A DNA stretch of 64,000 nt from Albugo candida (Eukaryota). The position numbers and the translations under genes were made by a program. The DNA lies in the NCBI GenBank assembly GCA_040437565.1, contig JBDOQK010000038.1, positions 248,001 to 312,000 of the forward strand, in the 5' to 3' direction. Shown here in pieces: positions 39,089-52,810 of this stretch (position 1 is the stretch's first letter; each line of letters opens with the position of its first letter). Under the pieces are notes generated by a model. That model was not told where the DNA came from. It saw only the letters and a program-made list of their open reading frames with translations, and searched no databases.

Positions 39089-40287
39089 GTATGGTGCAAC
39101 TACCATAGCACCAACATTTCTTGACCGAGTTCAAAGTCTATCAGACACCTGGATTGGAACTCTTTGTCAATTTTGCTTGCCCCAAACGATAGCTTTTGAA
39201 GTGCTGAACATTTTGCAGCAAGCAGATTGTGCATATCTTTTTTTTCATGGTGCTGATACGCCTGAAAGTTTGACCTTATTACATGTTTTCCTAAAATCGG
39301 CAGGATTTGAAGCACCCCATGTTAAAGGTCGTACGCTGTGCAAAGTTTTTTTCGTGGCTGTAATGAAAGGAAATAAGGCAGGCAAGGTATTCCAACAAAA
39401 GTGGAATGTCTATGTACCTGTTTCGGCCCGGGATGAGAGGAAATAGAGCATGAGAGGAATAGAAGCCGAGGAATGGCGTTGTATATATGGCAGAGTCATA
39501 AGAAAATCCAAAAAAAAAGCTCAAACACCTGTTTGGAGTAAGAAATAAACAAGTTAACTCTCCACTATCGCTTTGGCGGAGCTTGTGGTCGATCTTTACC
39601 TTCTCAAAACATTCCAAAAGAGCCTCTGCTGGTCGTCGGCCGTTCAGCGCAGAGGTCCTTACCTAGAAAAGGCTGTTTAGAACCTTCGTCAAAGTAAACA
39701 TCACGAGGCAGATTGTGATCGCCATACCCTTTGCTTGGTATTGTACAGATCTTTGCCAACCAGTAAGCAACACGGGTCGTTCTGACGAAGGGTCGCAAGG
39801 ATTACGCGAGGTGTCGCCCCAGCGTTTGTCATTTTCATCACTTGCACTTATTGTTCGACTTGTATGACTCGGTTTATCGCATATGCGGCAGGGTCTTTTG
39901 CGGATTTGTACACGCTACGCCCACCAGGCAGGACTTCAAAATTCCAGATATAGGTGCATTCACCGGCACTTATTGTTCTCTGGATGACAGCTTGCCACTT
40001 GCACTTTGTTTTTATTGTTGACGTTCGACGAAAGCTGCTCCCTTCAACTTTGTGCACTCTGCACATCTCAACCAGACCTTCCGTATTTCCGTGCCTACCT
40101 TGTTTGTTTTTGACCGAGCATGGTTTACGGCGAACCCGTAAGCAAATGTTGGACAGCGTGATGAGAAAGTGACAGTTTGAGAGCTGTAATATGTCTTTGT
40201 TAGCAGAGATGGAAATATAAATTCCCCCTGCCTCTTTGTTTTGGTGCAAAAAATGTGTGTACTGTTATTAACAGTTATTATATGCAT
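39089..40287 (-). pseudogene. Decayed lineage-specific gene, possibly secreted (paralog of 5700-6168)
   Basis: Chain of Cys-containing minus-strand ORF fragments with clear homology to 5.7-6.17 kb. The 3' end is cut by the solo LTR. Confidence 0.45.
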
Positions 40288-40798
40288 TTCCTATGTATCC
40301 TATCCGAATACAAACTACAACATCGCGCACTATTTCAAACAGCACGGTCGTTCAATGACGTCATAGCGACGGACAGTCGTCCGTGGCTAAACTAATTCAA
40401 TGTCGTGTGGACCACAAATAGACCATATTCCAACAGGAAGACGTTAAGGTGGAGAAGAGGTCGTGATCATGTAGCGCGTATGTGCTGTGTAGGGTAAGGT
40501 GTGTCCCGTTCAGGGTGTGCCCAGATTAACATGTAATCTATTTATTAACTTAATAACGCGGGTGTTTACCAAAAAATAGTGCAAGTCATCTATAACCTGT
40601 GATTATTATTTTTTGCGGCCAAAATTGAAGAATCATCGAACCTAAATCGTCAATGAATATAATTGGCGTAAATTTAAACCCCCCAATACGATTCCAACAG
40701 CTTTTTCCCCACCCACATTTAATCTTGATACCAACCATCCTGCTCATTTGACAACAAAACATGTCCGTCTTTTCTGCTAGACCATTGATCTAAGCAGC

Positions 40799-42905
40799 AT
40801 GCGTCGAACATCAAAACAGAAACGTCACATGAAAGCTACGCGGGCTGCTTATGAGACGAAAAAAGCCGGAAGTAAATCAAGTTCAACTATCGAAAATAGG
40901 AGTGAATATAGAGGCGGATTTAGAAGTTGAATTTGAGGATTTTGAGGAAGAGCAAACGGACACCATGATTGTGAGTATTGAGTCTGGTTGTAAACGGCCT
41001 TCTAGGTACCTTGGAGATTCCGACAGAACGAAGCGGCGCAAAAGATCAGCGCAGGAAAAAGCAGCTATTGGTTCAAGAAAGCTAGAGACATACTTCAAGG
41101 CGGAAAACACACAGCGTCAGCCTATAGCCTCTGAAAGCGAGGACTCGATAGATGAAAGACCTCTTTATTCTCACAACAATCTTCAAATAGCGTTTGTGAA
41201 ACTGGGAAAACAAAATGAATCACAGGAGGAAATTATGCGGCTGCGTCTTGCCTCTGTTTCAGGATACTTCAGGCCTATCCTTTGCGGCAGTGAGGTATAG
41301 TTAATCTATTTGCACATTCTCTAGCGTATTTTTTTTTCATTTACTAACAGTCTATCGTGATATACAGAGTTGCTGCCTCGCAAATAATTGCGGCGGGGAA
41401 TGGACAAGGGCGTTGGTTTACCGAGATGCTTCGTGGCTGGAGACGTTTACATCTTGAAACCTTTTTTACCCCCTAGAGCAAGCGGGGAAAGCATGTTAAA
41501 ACAAGCAGTTTATTAGAGGATGAAGCTATCATTGCAGATGTGCAGCTTTACCTTCGAAACAATAAATTCTGCATAGTACCAACGGATTTTACCAAGCATG
41601 TCAACGAGCAAATACTTCCAAAAATTGACCCCACCGCATCTATCCACCTCAGCACTGCGACCCGCTGAATGAAGTGACTTGGCCCACGCTATTCAGAGGT
41701 GAAGAAAGGCATGTACGTTGATGGACATGAACGAGCAGATGTCGTGGCATATCGTACTCAGTTTTGGAACGAATGAGAATCTATGAGCCATTTATGCCGG
41801 GATTTGTTGGGCCGGAAATGGAATCGGAAATTTGGCCTGCGAGATATGCCATCATCCTAGTGACGCACGATGAAAGCACATTTGCCGCCCATGATGAGCT
41901 ATGGATTCCTGATAGCGAACAGCCACTGCGGAAGAAGGGGGCTGGAAGATCGATACATGTCAGCGAATTGCTGACTAATGCTGGTAAGTCTATTATTTCA
42001 GAGGTTTTTTGCTCATTACTCTGATCAGGAGTTAACATTCTCTGTCATATTCAAGGGGGTCGACTACCTTTGAGCAAAGAAAAGAGGCTTCAACACAGCA
42101 ATCTTCCAGAAGAGGCCTGCATAATCACATATCCCGACAAGAACTATGATGGTTGGTGGACAGCGGAAAACCTTCATAAGCAAGTCCGGGATGCAGCGAT
42201 TCCCATTTTCGATGCGCAGTTTCCCAATGCAAAAGCTATCTTCGCTTTCGACAATACGACTAGCCAAGCAGCATTTGCTGGATATGCTCTCGTATCTCAA
42301 CGGATGAATCTTGGACCGGGAGGAAAGGAACCGGTGATGCGGAATGGAATGTTTGGAGATGGGACATCCCAATCCATGGTATTCCCGACAGATCATCCTC
42401 TGTCCTGACAACCAAAGGGCATAAAGATCGTCTTGAAAGAACGCAACCTCTGGACGACAAACCTTCGCCTGGATTGCCGGGGTAAATGTGGTGACACAGG
42501 TAGCTGCTTCGGCCGCAGTGTTATTCAGAACCAGCCAGACTTTGAATCTCAAAAAGATTTTTAGGAAGAGACAATCACCGCGCGGGCCATCTCATCATAT
42601 TTTATCCCAAATTTCATTGCGAATTGAATTTTATTGAGAACTTTTGGGGGGAAGCAAATCGATACGCTAGGGAAAATTGCGATTATAGATGGAAAGGATT
42701 GGTCGCGACAGTTCCGAAAGCACTTGCCTCAATTTCACTCGCAACAATCCGTCACCATGCTAGAAACTGCTTTCTTTATATGGATGTGTATTGGAAAGAT
42801 CTAACCGAAAATGCCGCGTAATATGCCATGAAAAAGTGCCGATCACATCGAAGAGTTCCAGACTCAGTTCACACAAACAGCAATGCTTTAGTAGCTACTG
42901 TATGA
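40799..42905 (+). mobile_element. Second decayed IS630/Tc1-type (DDE_3-like) transposase gene with introns
   Basis: Motifs [76 protein letters not shown] and SHRR. Putative introns at about 41295-41368 and 41984-42056. Confidence 0.88.
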
Positions 42906-45900
42906 AGCTATTAGTATAATATAAAGATCATATATTACACTTATACTCAAGCCCTAAACCCTAATTGCCCACTGATGGCGACCAAGTTTTACGCTCAGAT
43001 AGGAAATACTAGTTAAATCTAGAGAAACAAGGCAACTTTTAGAGCCTTATAAATTATCCACAAGACATTCAATTTAAAATCCAAGTCTTTTGTTTTGAAG
43101 CGCTAGACTGTATCTATCATATAAAATGTCTGTTTTTGTTATGCGATGATTTATGCGTGAAGAGTAGTGAATTTACTAAATCCTAAAAGAGTTACAGGTA
43201 TAGGTGGTGCGCACTGTATATAAAACATATGTGAGGAGAGGNNNNNNNNNNNNNNNNNNNNNNNNNNNNNNNNNNNNNNNNNNNNNNNNNNNNNNNNNNN
43301 NNNNNNNNNNNNNNNNNNNNNNNNNNNNNNNNNNNNNNNNNGGATTCAGATAGCAAAGGGGGGGGGGTCTGGTTAGCAGCTCCCATAAAATATCGTGCAA
43401 ACGTCCCGGAGTGGGAATGGTTAACGACTTCAAATTTTGATGAAATAATTTTTCTAAAAAACGATCGAACTCGGTTCTGCTTCCGTTAAATAAAAGTCGT
43501 ACCGGTGACATCATTTAAGCTTCGCTTCTAAAAGCGAATTGTCTCGTAAAAATAGACAGAGACTGAGAGCATCTTCTCTGCTGATTTTTCCTAATAGTTC
43601 AAGCTCCCGAAGCGGCACGACCAGTACAGATCGAACAAGCTCATCCAGATTGGTCAAATGTACGTCTCTCGTATACTATCTTGATGAGTACCCTTCCAGT
43701 TTTTACAACATTCAGATTGACTTGTGCCACCGCATTTTTTAAGTGCTCGCAATTCAACATTTATATTTGGACCACGGAGTCATGCATTTCTGTTAATAAA
43801 AATCATGACTATGCCATGAGCTTGCTATACAAGTTGCCAATTTTTCCTTAACCGCACGGAATCATACACATTATGATTGAAGCCCTAAGCTAGACAATTT
43901 TACGAAAGCGGTAGATTTAGTTTGAACAACTGAATGTAAAATAGTAGGAGGGAGTGTGTCCTTTCGACTCTTCTCAGGCAAATTTTTTTCTAAGATTACA
44001 CGAAGTCATAAATATAGCAAACAAGTCGTTGAAAAGAATGTGGATACTGGAACCTATTTTAAAAGCAAATACGGGCTTGAATCAAGAAATGCACATGTCG
44101 CACCCGAATTCATAGCCTTAGATTTTCGATGCCTTGTTGAAGAGGGATGAACAACAGATCAAACAGCACTAGAGCTTGGATTTCCCAAGCTATTCGGTCT
44201 TCATTCTTTCTTGCATCTATGATATTTTCTGGGTTATTATCCAAGCAGAAGGATAGCTTTTGTCGAATTCAATAAATATCTTTCTAATGTCTTGACAACT
44301 GCGTCTATTCGAAAGTTGATGCTATTTAATTGACAAAACTATTGAGATCGTTGGTATCTACGATTTTGCGTGCCACGCGAAGTATGTATCTGGTCACAAC
44401 AACTGCAAAAACTGGTTTATAATAAGGTACCGCACTAGACACCAGCCAAGTTTCATTTCATTATTTCCCTTTTGTAGATCCTTAATCATGGTTGACAATA
44501 TACTTTGCGAATTTTGCCACTAAACAATCATTATCACCACATTTGACAAAGTGTCGACGTCGCCACCGAGTACTTTGTCGCGAATAGATCAGCTAAGTAA
44601 AACGTCAAAGCAATCTATGTCTATTTGATTGATGTGGTATCAGGAATATTAATTCCGTTCACAAGACAAGCTGCTATATAAAAATCACTGTTTAGGAATA
44701 AGATCTTGATTGCACGTTGCAAAGTGCAGTCCGAAGTAAAGAACTATTTGAATATCGTCCAGTATAAACCATTTTGAACACTGTTAGATTTTCTTCACCT
44801 GTAGCGTCAAGCGACTGGTTTTAAAAGTCTCTTTTAAACGGTGATCATCCAAGGGACTGCGCAGATAATACCTCAAATGCTTCTGTGGGAAATTTGCGGT
44901 ATCCTGAATAGGATTGCGTTATTCATATGCGGCGGAGGCGCTTAGCACCGGAATCCTCGCAGTACGGATGCCGTTAATCTCTAAACACTGCTATTTCAAA
45001 TGCGATTCTTCATTCAGTTGAATCCGGGCGAAAATTGGCGCATAGCAAAGTCATAAAGCTATTCACATTTGATTGAAGCTCTGATGTTTACAAATGAAGT
45101 GTCAGACTCACAGGGTGCGTGCCAGTGCTTCAGGTTGATATAGCAGTAAAGATTTCTTGTTTTGAGAAGGGTATTAAAAAAGGATGAATCACACCGTGCC
45201 CCATACACGATTGAGGGAATGGCCAACCACCAGGCAAACATCATTCAATACGATCAGTAAAAATACGAATTGGGCACCATGATGAGCACTTCCGAATCTC
45301 TAGATTTTAACTGTGAAGTTGAAGATCATCATATCACTGAGGGTACATATGGAGTACCAGCTCGATTATTTGTTGTTCTAGAATTCTAAAAAGGTGCATA
45401 TACGTTGAATCCAACACTACCTTCATTTTTTTTTCATATTTTGAGCTCCGAAAGTATTCACCTCCGTGATAGAACTCCGTGGATACTTCAATACGTAGCA
45501 CTTATTAAATCGGTTTCAGTTCCAATTCTCTACTTGCACATTCTCGATCCAAAGCACGTAAAGACTGCGCCAAGGAATCCTCTAAATCGTGTTCGAGGCA
45601 TCTTGATCGGGATGATTTACATAGTTCAAAGCTTTTATCCCAATCCATTCGAAAGCTTAATCTTCTATACTAATAACTGTCCTCAAAATAGGCGATTCCA
45701 GGAAATGGAAATACTAATCAAAATGGAGTAGAAGAATCAATGAGTTTGAAGTATCTCCGACGTGGAACACCTCCGATGGCGGTATTTTTTTCACGCATCA
45801 CCTCGTGCGATCGCTGATTAATAAGATTTTTCAATATTAACGCTTGAATCTTCCCTTGAAGTTCAAAGAGCTGTTCTCGATGTATTAGAATGATGTGAGC

Positions 45901-47239
45901 GATATTGAAGTCATGATTTCTTTTCCTTCTCAGAAAGATCTGGCTCCCGTACTTTCCACGAGGTTTATGAGGTCAAATGGCACGATCTGAACAATTAAGA
46001 AATTTGGTCATAATCTCTACAGCATCTTTCAAACCTCCAATTGCGTAAAAACAGCACGTATTGAGACCGCACTCACTCGGAAATGACATACAAATACAGT
46101 GTAGACTCGATGGGCGCAGGCGAAGGTAAATTCGGAAATGAATATTTCTTGGTCCTTAGTTCGCAGACAGCTTTGCTGCTGATAAGCCATTTCTATATTA
46201 GACAGACTGTACCAGTCCCACTGATTTATCTAGACCAAGAAAAAGCCTTGGATCTTTCTAAGCGCTTTTAGAACGTTCTGCAAGCTTCTTTAGTGACGTC
46301 AGACTGTGAAGTCATTCCCATATCAGGAATATATGAAGCCATGCAAGCAATATGCGGTATTATATCAACATACAACAATAGCGATTAGTCCTCAACCACT
46401 CGAATGTGGGAAGCTTCCATGAAGTTTTCCTGCCAGTACATCGAGCTGTCTTTAAAGTGTGCCACGATATTTACACGTTCCAATATGATCCAAATATAGA
46501 TCGAAGCCATCTCAACGTTCTTAACGCCTCCAAATCGTTGACAACCTTACCGAAAAAGTTTGCCGATAAGTCCGGCCTGTTGCAAAAAATTCAAAAAGTT
46601 GAATAGTGCAGTACATCGATATATTATTGATCCTTACTATCAATACAAAATTTATTTGACCAAATCATTCAAAAGAGGATCCTCCTGAGGTGGTGTATAA
46701 ATATATGATTGAATAAAAATAGGGAAATAGAAAATCGGCGCACCCCCGCTTGGGTACGCCAATTCATTCACTTTTGATTCTGCCGAAAGAGGCAATTGAG
46801 TACTCGCAAGCTGACAATAGATAACGAGCGCTTTGTCCCAGAATTCAAAAGCCACTAGATAGTGAATTCCTGACTCTTGATTCATAACATTTACCCGTAT
46901 TGCGATCCTCTCCGTTCCATGTTACTACATCTTCTAGACTCTGCATTAACAGTTTGGACAATTATCTTCTATGTATCCTCTACCCTTGCAAGCCTCTAAT
47001 CTTGTTTCTCTACTTCTATACATCTATTTGTCTTCTCAACATGATATCCCCTCCAAAATGCCAGTATTCAACAACTGAAGAGTTCATTTAGCAAGTTCAA
47101 ATTATGCGCTCATGTGCACGGGTATTCTGCAACCAAAATACGCACAACTGGCTCCAGCACCAGGATGAACTGCGACAGACGTGGTGTACACCAGAGAAGA
47201 AAGACAACAAATGACTGAAGGCAATATACACGAGCGCAC

Positions 47240-48327
47240 ATGGGCTTGTAGATGCAAACTCGACGCTTTCGCCTATTGGAATCGACTGTTACGAGGTGAA
47301 GGACGAAGCCAGCGCGCTTCTTGGAACGACGAGCGAAGCTGGACAGCCATCAATTAAGGACTTTCAGACGCTTGTTGGAAGGCTATTGTGGGTGGCGCAG
47401 TGCACGCGGCCAGATGTGTCGTTCGTTATGCCCAAAGCGACGCGCCAAATGCACCAGTCACGTGTTTACGATTGAAAGTTGGCGAAGCGCGTTTTACGCT
47501 ACCTAAAAAAGGACTCAATGACTAGAGCTGCAGATGACACCAATAGTTGAAGTGCGGGAGACTCCGACGGTGGAGTCACAAAGTGACGCAGATTTTGCAA
47601 TTGATAAGAAGGACCGCAAGTTGCTGACTAGAAACGTCGTTTTGTTCAACGGCATGCCAGTAAGCTGTTGATCGAAAAAACAAGGCGGCTTCTCCAAGTC
47701 TACTATGAAAGCTGAGTTTGTTGCTACTTCCGAAACCTCGCGCGATTTACTCGGCATCCATGAGATGCTGGGCGAGGTCAACACGGTGCCATCTCTGCCC
47801 ATGCTAATGCATGCGGATAGCCAGGCGTCCATCAAGCAAATTGAAGGCGAGGCATCATCGATCAAGGCTAAACACATTGATGTTTGTCTCAAGTGTGTTT
47901 GCGACAGCGCCAGACGCGGCATTGTGATCGCGCAATACATGCGCTCGGTGAAGATGCTCGCAGACTTGCTGACCAAAGCACTGGACCCAGCAAAGCTTGA
48001 AAGTTTGCTTGCACTCATGCGCTTGGAGTATTAGTTCAAGGACTTTGAGATAAGCAAAAATTGTAGCCTAAGAGGTAAGTGGGGATNNNNNNNNNNNNNN
48101 NNNNNNNNNNNNNNNNNNNNNNNNNNNNNNNNNNNNNNNNNNNNNNNNNNNNNNNNNNNNNNNNNNNNNNNNNNNNNNNNNNNNNNTGTGTTTGCGACAG
48201 CGCCAGACGCGGCATTGTGATCGCGCAATACATGCGCTCGGTGAAGATGCTCGCAGACTTGCTGACCAAAGCACTGGACCCAGCAAAGCTTGAAAGTTTG
48301 CTTGCACTCATGCGCTTGGAGTATTAG
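47240..48327 (+). mobile_element. Copia RT/RNase H remnant (3' end duplicated across the gap)
   Basis: FQTLVGRLLWVAQCTRPDV, SDADFAIDKKDRK, STMKAEFVATSE, KAKHIDV and LADLLTKAL. Related to, but distinct from, the 21-26 kb element. Confidence 0.9.
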
Positions 48328-48421
48328 TTCAAGGACTTTGAGATAAGCAAAAATTGTAGCCTAAGAGGTAAGTGGGGATGGTGATCATGGTGCGGCCGAG
48401 ATGACTGCATCCGAGGAAGAG

Positions 48422-48681
48422 TGTTGGAAACGGTGAGAAAAGTTAATGGATCAAGTGAATCTCTAGGAGCTTCGATGAGCAAGGAAGAGGCGGATGTCAG
48501 ATCTCGGCAGATAGGTATAGCAATTGTTGCACGTTGGTTACAGAATTCAGGTAGAGCCTGAGAAAAAGGTAGTTCGGCAAAGGTGGACAGTAAGGCATAG
48601 AGGGGAAAGAATAGCAGGTAAGGACAAACATAATACACAGAATCAATTTCGCCATCAACAACGCACCCAACCTTTACAACA
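48422..48681 (+). repeat. 3' LTR of the 47-48 kb Copia remnant
   Basis: PPT GAGGAAGAG then TGTTGG. Ends with CAACA at either 48660 or 48681; internal TAAGGAC motif. Confidence 0.65.
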
Positions 48682-50769
48682 GTTGCTTTACAAGAAACTG
48701 TTACCGTGCTGATCCTCGCAACTATTTTCCCATTGCATGGACTGCGTGATCTTGTAGGTAATATCGAGGATACTCACGTACGGACTGTAGCAGCGTCTTC
48801 CAAAAGCTGATGAAGCAGGATCGTGTCGCTAATCGTGATGAAAAACCATACGAAACCTTTCTTGAATGGGAAACTGTACGATCGAGTGGATTGGTCGTAA
48901 ATGTTTGAGATTTTGCCAAAAAGAAACGTGCAACGTCTCATCCAGTGAACACATATTCTTTACAAAAACACGAATGTTTCGTTGTTGTTAATGGAACGCG
49001 TTTACCCAAAATCACTTTTCAANNNNNNNNNNNNNNNNNNNNNNNNNNNNNNNNNNNNNNNNNNNNNNNNNNNNNNNNNNNNNNNNNNNNNNNNNNNNNN
49101 NNNNNNNNNNNNNNNNNNNNNNATAGTTTTGAATGCACATGATGATTTGTGAATTTGACTGCTGGAAGAACCCGAGCTCGAAATGTTAAGATCCAAAATG
49201 ATAGTGGGAACTGGATGAATTCCGTGGAGACGATTATAAAGCCTTCCAAGAACTCCAAATATCGATTCCGAAGTATAGTTGGAAATGTATACCGCTTTAA
49301 CAAAATTTTAATGCCAAACCGAACCGGATACGCCTGTTCTGATTTCCATTCGGAACAGGAAAAACGTCAACCGTTTGAGCTCGCGAACATTCTGCGATGC
49401 GTCGATATGAAGTCGGCGCAAAAAGATCGATGTAGAAAAGTTTCACAACTGTAGAGCTTCACTTGAGCTAACTCGCAGTATGAAATTTGGAGCTGATGCG
49501 ATCCAGACCGTTCCTTCACCAAAAAAGACACATAAAGATCGTGTCCGAAACGCATGAACAAATCGCATCCGCCAATTACGCGCTGCTTCGGGAAGTATTC
49601 TCAGACATCGACAATAAGCAGAGGCACTTCTTGACCGTTTTGTCTGCTTGATATGAAGCTGAGGGCGACATAAAACCGTATCGGAGCATACAACATGTTT
49701 GGTGAGAAATAGCTCTTGTTATGATGGATCTTTGTCGGTAAGATCTCATAGGCTTTGGTGCTACAAAATACATTGTCGTGAAGTGGAAATGTACCATCAA
49801 GTGTTCTTCGACTGCAGCACGATCAGTCCAATTTGGGAAGAACTAATTCCTCTTTGGTAAATCTTCTTTTCCGTTCGACCACGATCGACACATTTAGTAT
49901 GCACGTATTCCGTTATTTTACGGTGCGTGGAAACCTTTTCGACTGATGCTGTAGGATGGTTGGTTTTCATTAGTCGCGCCTGCTATTCATTTTATTTGAT
50001 TAATCGGAATAGCAGAGTTTACACCTTAGACACCTACTGTTTGTACTATTTCTGTGATTTACAGCGCATTCAGTTGTCACATCTGATATTCCAAAGGAGT
50101 GCTATCGTGCTTAGCATCCGACCGATTGCGTCATATCAAAACATACGGTGCAGCCCGGGAATCCTTCTCCGCTTGGACTCGTTTACTTGAGAGTCGACGA
50201 GGATTAGAGTAACAAGTCGATCCGGTAGCCTATCTCCTCAGTGTTACTCACATTCTATCCGCTAAAGTGCGGTGTGAATTAATCTTCACCCATCTTGCAT
50301 ATATTCATATATGTATTGGAGTCTAGGTACTTCAAGAAGTAATCGCCGTTCAATTGTAGTACTTTAATCACGTTCGTCTAACGTGCTGACGGAGGGTGTT
50401 TCGTCAAAATGTTACCTAAGTGAAGAAGGACTTCCTCGAGTGAGAATACAAAATTCAAGTGGGAATACAAGCAATTGATTCACCGACTACTACTAATATA
50501 ACGATAAAAAACTAGGTCTTGCGTGGATCAGTACAGAAACGATTATTTTGAGATAGAAACTCGGTGGGTATTCACTCGAAAATCGACCTCGTACTAAGTC
50601 GCAGCGAGTGTTTTTGAATGGCGCTTGAATACATAGTGCAGCGTCTAAAAAACTGTCAACATGTCCCCTTATACCGTTTACATAATGAGATAGAAGGGAA
50701 ACAACACAAAAGACATGCAAATGACACGTTTTTTTCTTCGTTTTTACCTCGCAAAATGACAAGAATCTG

Positions 50770-51115
50770 CTAATGTATCGTTGCGGTTCCAATCTTACAA
50801 TTAGGATCATAAACCAGACCTGTTGTATGGTTGGCGTAGGTTCGTTTTCCCGTACTTTTATGCTCCATGTAATAACGAACGGTGTTTTGTCCGTTCGTGG
50901 ACACTATATCATCAGATGAGAAGTTCATCCTAGGTATGACGCCACGCACGTTGACCGAGCAAACATTTTCAGCAGTACAAGTGCTGGGTCTAGAGCATAT
51001 TTTCTGCAAACTTCTGCATGGTCCGCCACTGGCTTCTAAAAAAAAGTTGAATAGACACCAGCAGACACAAAAAAATAGTCTTCAACTTTGGGCTCAGCGG
51101 ACAATGATTTTTCTT
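50770..51115 (-). pseudogene. Third, 5'-truncated member of the secreted Cys-rich family
   Basis: GGPCRSLQKICSRPSTCTAENVCSVNVRGVIP...YYMEHKSTGKRT..TGLVYDPNCKIG aligns with GQKCKDITQCATPHIC..CTNNKVGVLP...FFMRNTVTGKYT..SSLFMDPAFEIG. The 5' end abuts the gap and MULE. Confidence 0.7.
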
Positions 51116-51237
51116 CGGGGTGGGGTGGGGGGTGGGANNNNNNNNNNNNNNNNNNNNNNNNNNNNNNNNNNNNNNNNNNNNNNNNNNNNNNNNNNNNNNN
51201 NNNNNNNNNNNNNNNNNNNNNNNNNNNNNNNNNNNNN

Positions 51238-52810
51238 GTGGGGGGTGGGATTATAGCAGATTTGACATACAAAACCAACAGGTGAGTAAAATGCTTTGCA
51301 ATCAATTTTTGCCCAGCATCAACAAAGAGCAGACGAAATCTCCAGGTTTCAAATGCCATTGCTCCATGTCGTGGGTGTGGCATGTACAAACCAGTCATAT
51401 TCCCTTTGCTATGTTTTCTTGTGACACGAATCAGAAGATGATTACATTTGGGCACTGGGGCAAATGAAGGTATTTTTCAAGATAGAATCACTGGGCCAAT
51501 TGTCATTGTCATTGACAGAGAATTAGCATTGATGTCTGCAATCTCACAGGTTCTACTTAAAGCGACGAATCTGCTTTGCATATGGCATGTGCATAATAAT
51601 ATCCTGGCAAATGCTAAATAGCACTTTCCAAAGGACGAAGACTGGAAAGAATCTTTCAGAAAGTGGCACGGATTTACCGCTCTACCACTGAACAGGAATT
51701 CGAAGAGAATCGGGTGCTCCTCAACGATGTTATTAATGAGACTGGCTGTGCGTATTTACAATCCACATGGGTTCCGCACAAGGAGAATTTCATCCCTGCT
51801 TGGACCAAAAATAAAGCATTTTGGGCATGTAGCTACCTCTCGCGTTGAAGGTGGACATGCAACCTTGAAGAAATGGATTGCAGTTTCAACAGTAGGTTTG
51901 GCAGCAGTTTATGAGAACAGGTTTTTGTAGCTCAACAGCAGCGCCAAGGAATACGTCAAACAGTTGCATACGATCGTTCACATTATCGTCCCCCTTAGTG
52001 GGAGCTTCTGGACAACCGTGAATAGAAAGATTTCACATTATGCATGAAATTAAGTATGTAACACTACTGTGTGCATACAGCTGTGTACAGTACTGCCAAC
52101 TTCCGTACTGACCATATTTTCTTTTCTGCAGGCTTCAAGTAGTACCAAAAGGCACGATCGATGGAGAGCAATAAAAAATGCACTGGAGCATTAACGAGCA
52201 CTAAAGTATTGCCTTGCTCTCATGCCACCAAAGAGCTTCAAAAAATGGGGTCAAACTTGCATATTGCTCATCTCCATGAGCGCTGGTGGCTTCACAAGCC
52301 TGTACATCCCACACTGTGCCCTGCAATACCTTGTCAGGAGAAAACAAGCTTTTCGGACATTGTGAAAAATTTGCAAGAGCGTTATTCGGTCTTTCCTCCA
52401 CACAGACAGCGCCTTTTTGAGCAGGATCTCAATTGCCTTGCATCTATTCCAAGCCCTGGGGTAAATGATCCTGCCACAGTAGCCTCACGTGAACGGCCGG
52501 AGGGATCAACGAGTACCAAATGAGAGCTGTCCGCATTTGATTACATTGAGAGGGAGAGGCAGGAACTGCCAAAACGAAGATGCGGGTCCTGCAAACAAGA
52601 AGGTTACAACAGGCGCACATATCCACAACCCAAATTTAACAAAACAAATCTGTGATTCAATTCAGGGGGTGTGATGAGACCGGCTCCCATTCAATCAGGA
52701 AAATTAGGGGGTGTAGCGATACCGATTCCCATTTAGGCGGTATAACGATACCGATTCCCATTTAGGGGGTGTGGCCATACCAAAAGTGGGGTGTGGCTAT
52801 ACCGAATCGC
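51238..52810 (+). mobile_element. Mutator-like (MULE/FAR1-type) transposon, 3' part with terminal repeat region
   Basis: DLTYKTNR, ESEDDYIWAL, IVIDRELALMSAI, LLCIWHV, TSRVEGGHATLK, SWIM-like CTG...LPCSH and knuckle RCGSCKQEG. Repeated GGGGTGT..GATACCGATTCCCATT units at 52665-52810. Confidence 0.88.

Noticed and set aside
40363-40388. Hairpin TAGCGACGGAC-AGTC-GTCCGTGGCTA as a Helitron 3' end
   Set aside because: No properly spaced CTRR terminus and no Rep/helicase remnant nearby.
42952-42964. Telomere-like CCCTAAACCCTAA
   Set aside because: Fewer than two full units; probably part of the transposon 3' end or chance.
52665-52810. CRISPR-like repeat array
   Set aside because: Eukaryotic context, no unique spacers and no cas genes; it lies at a MULE end.
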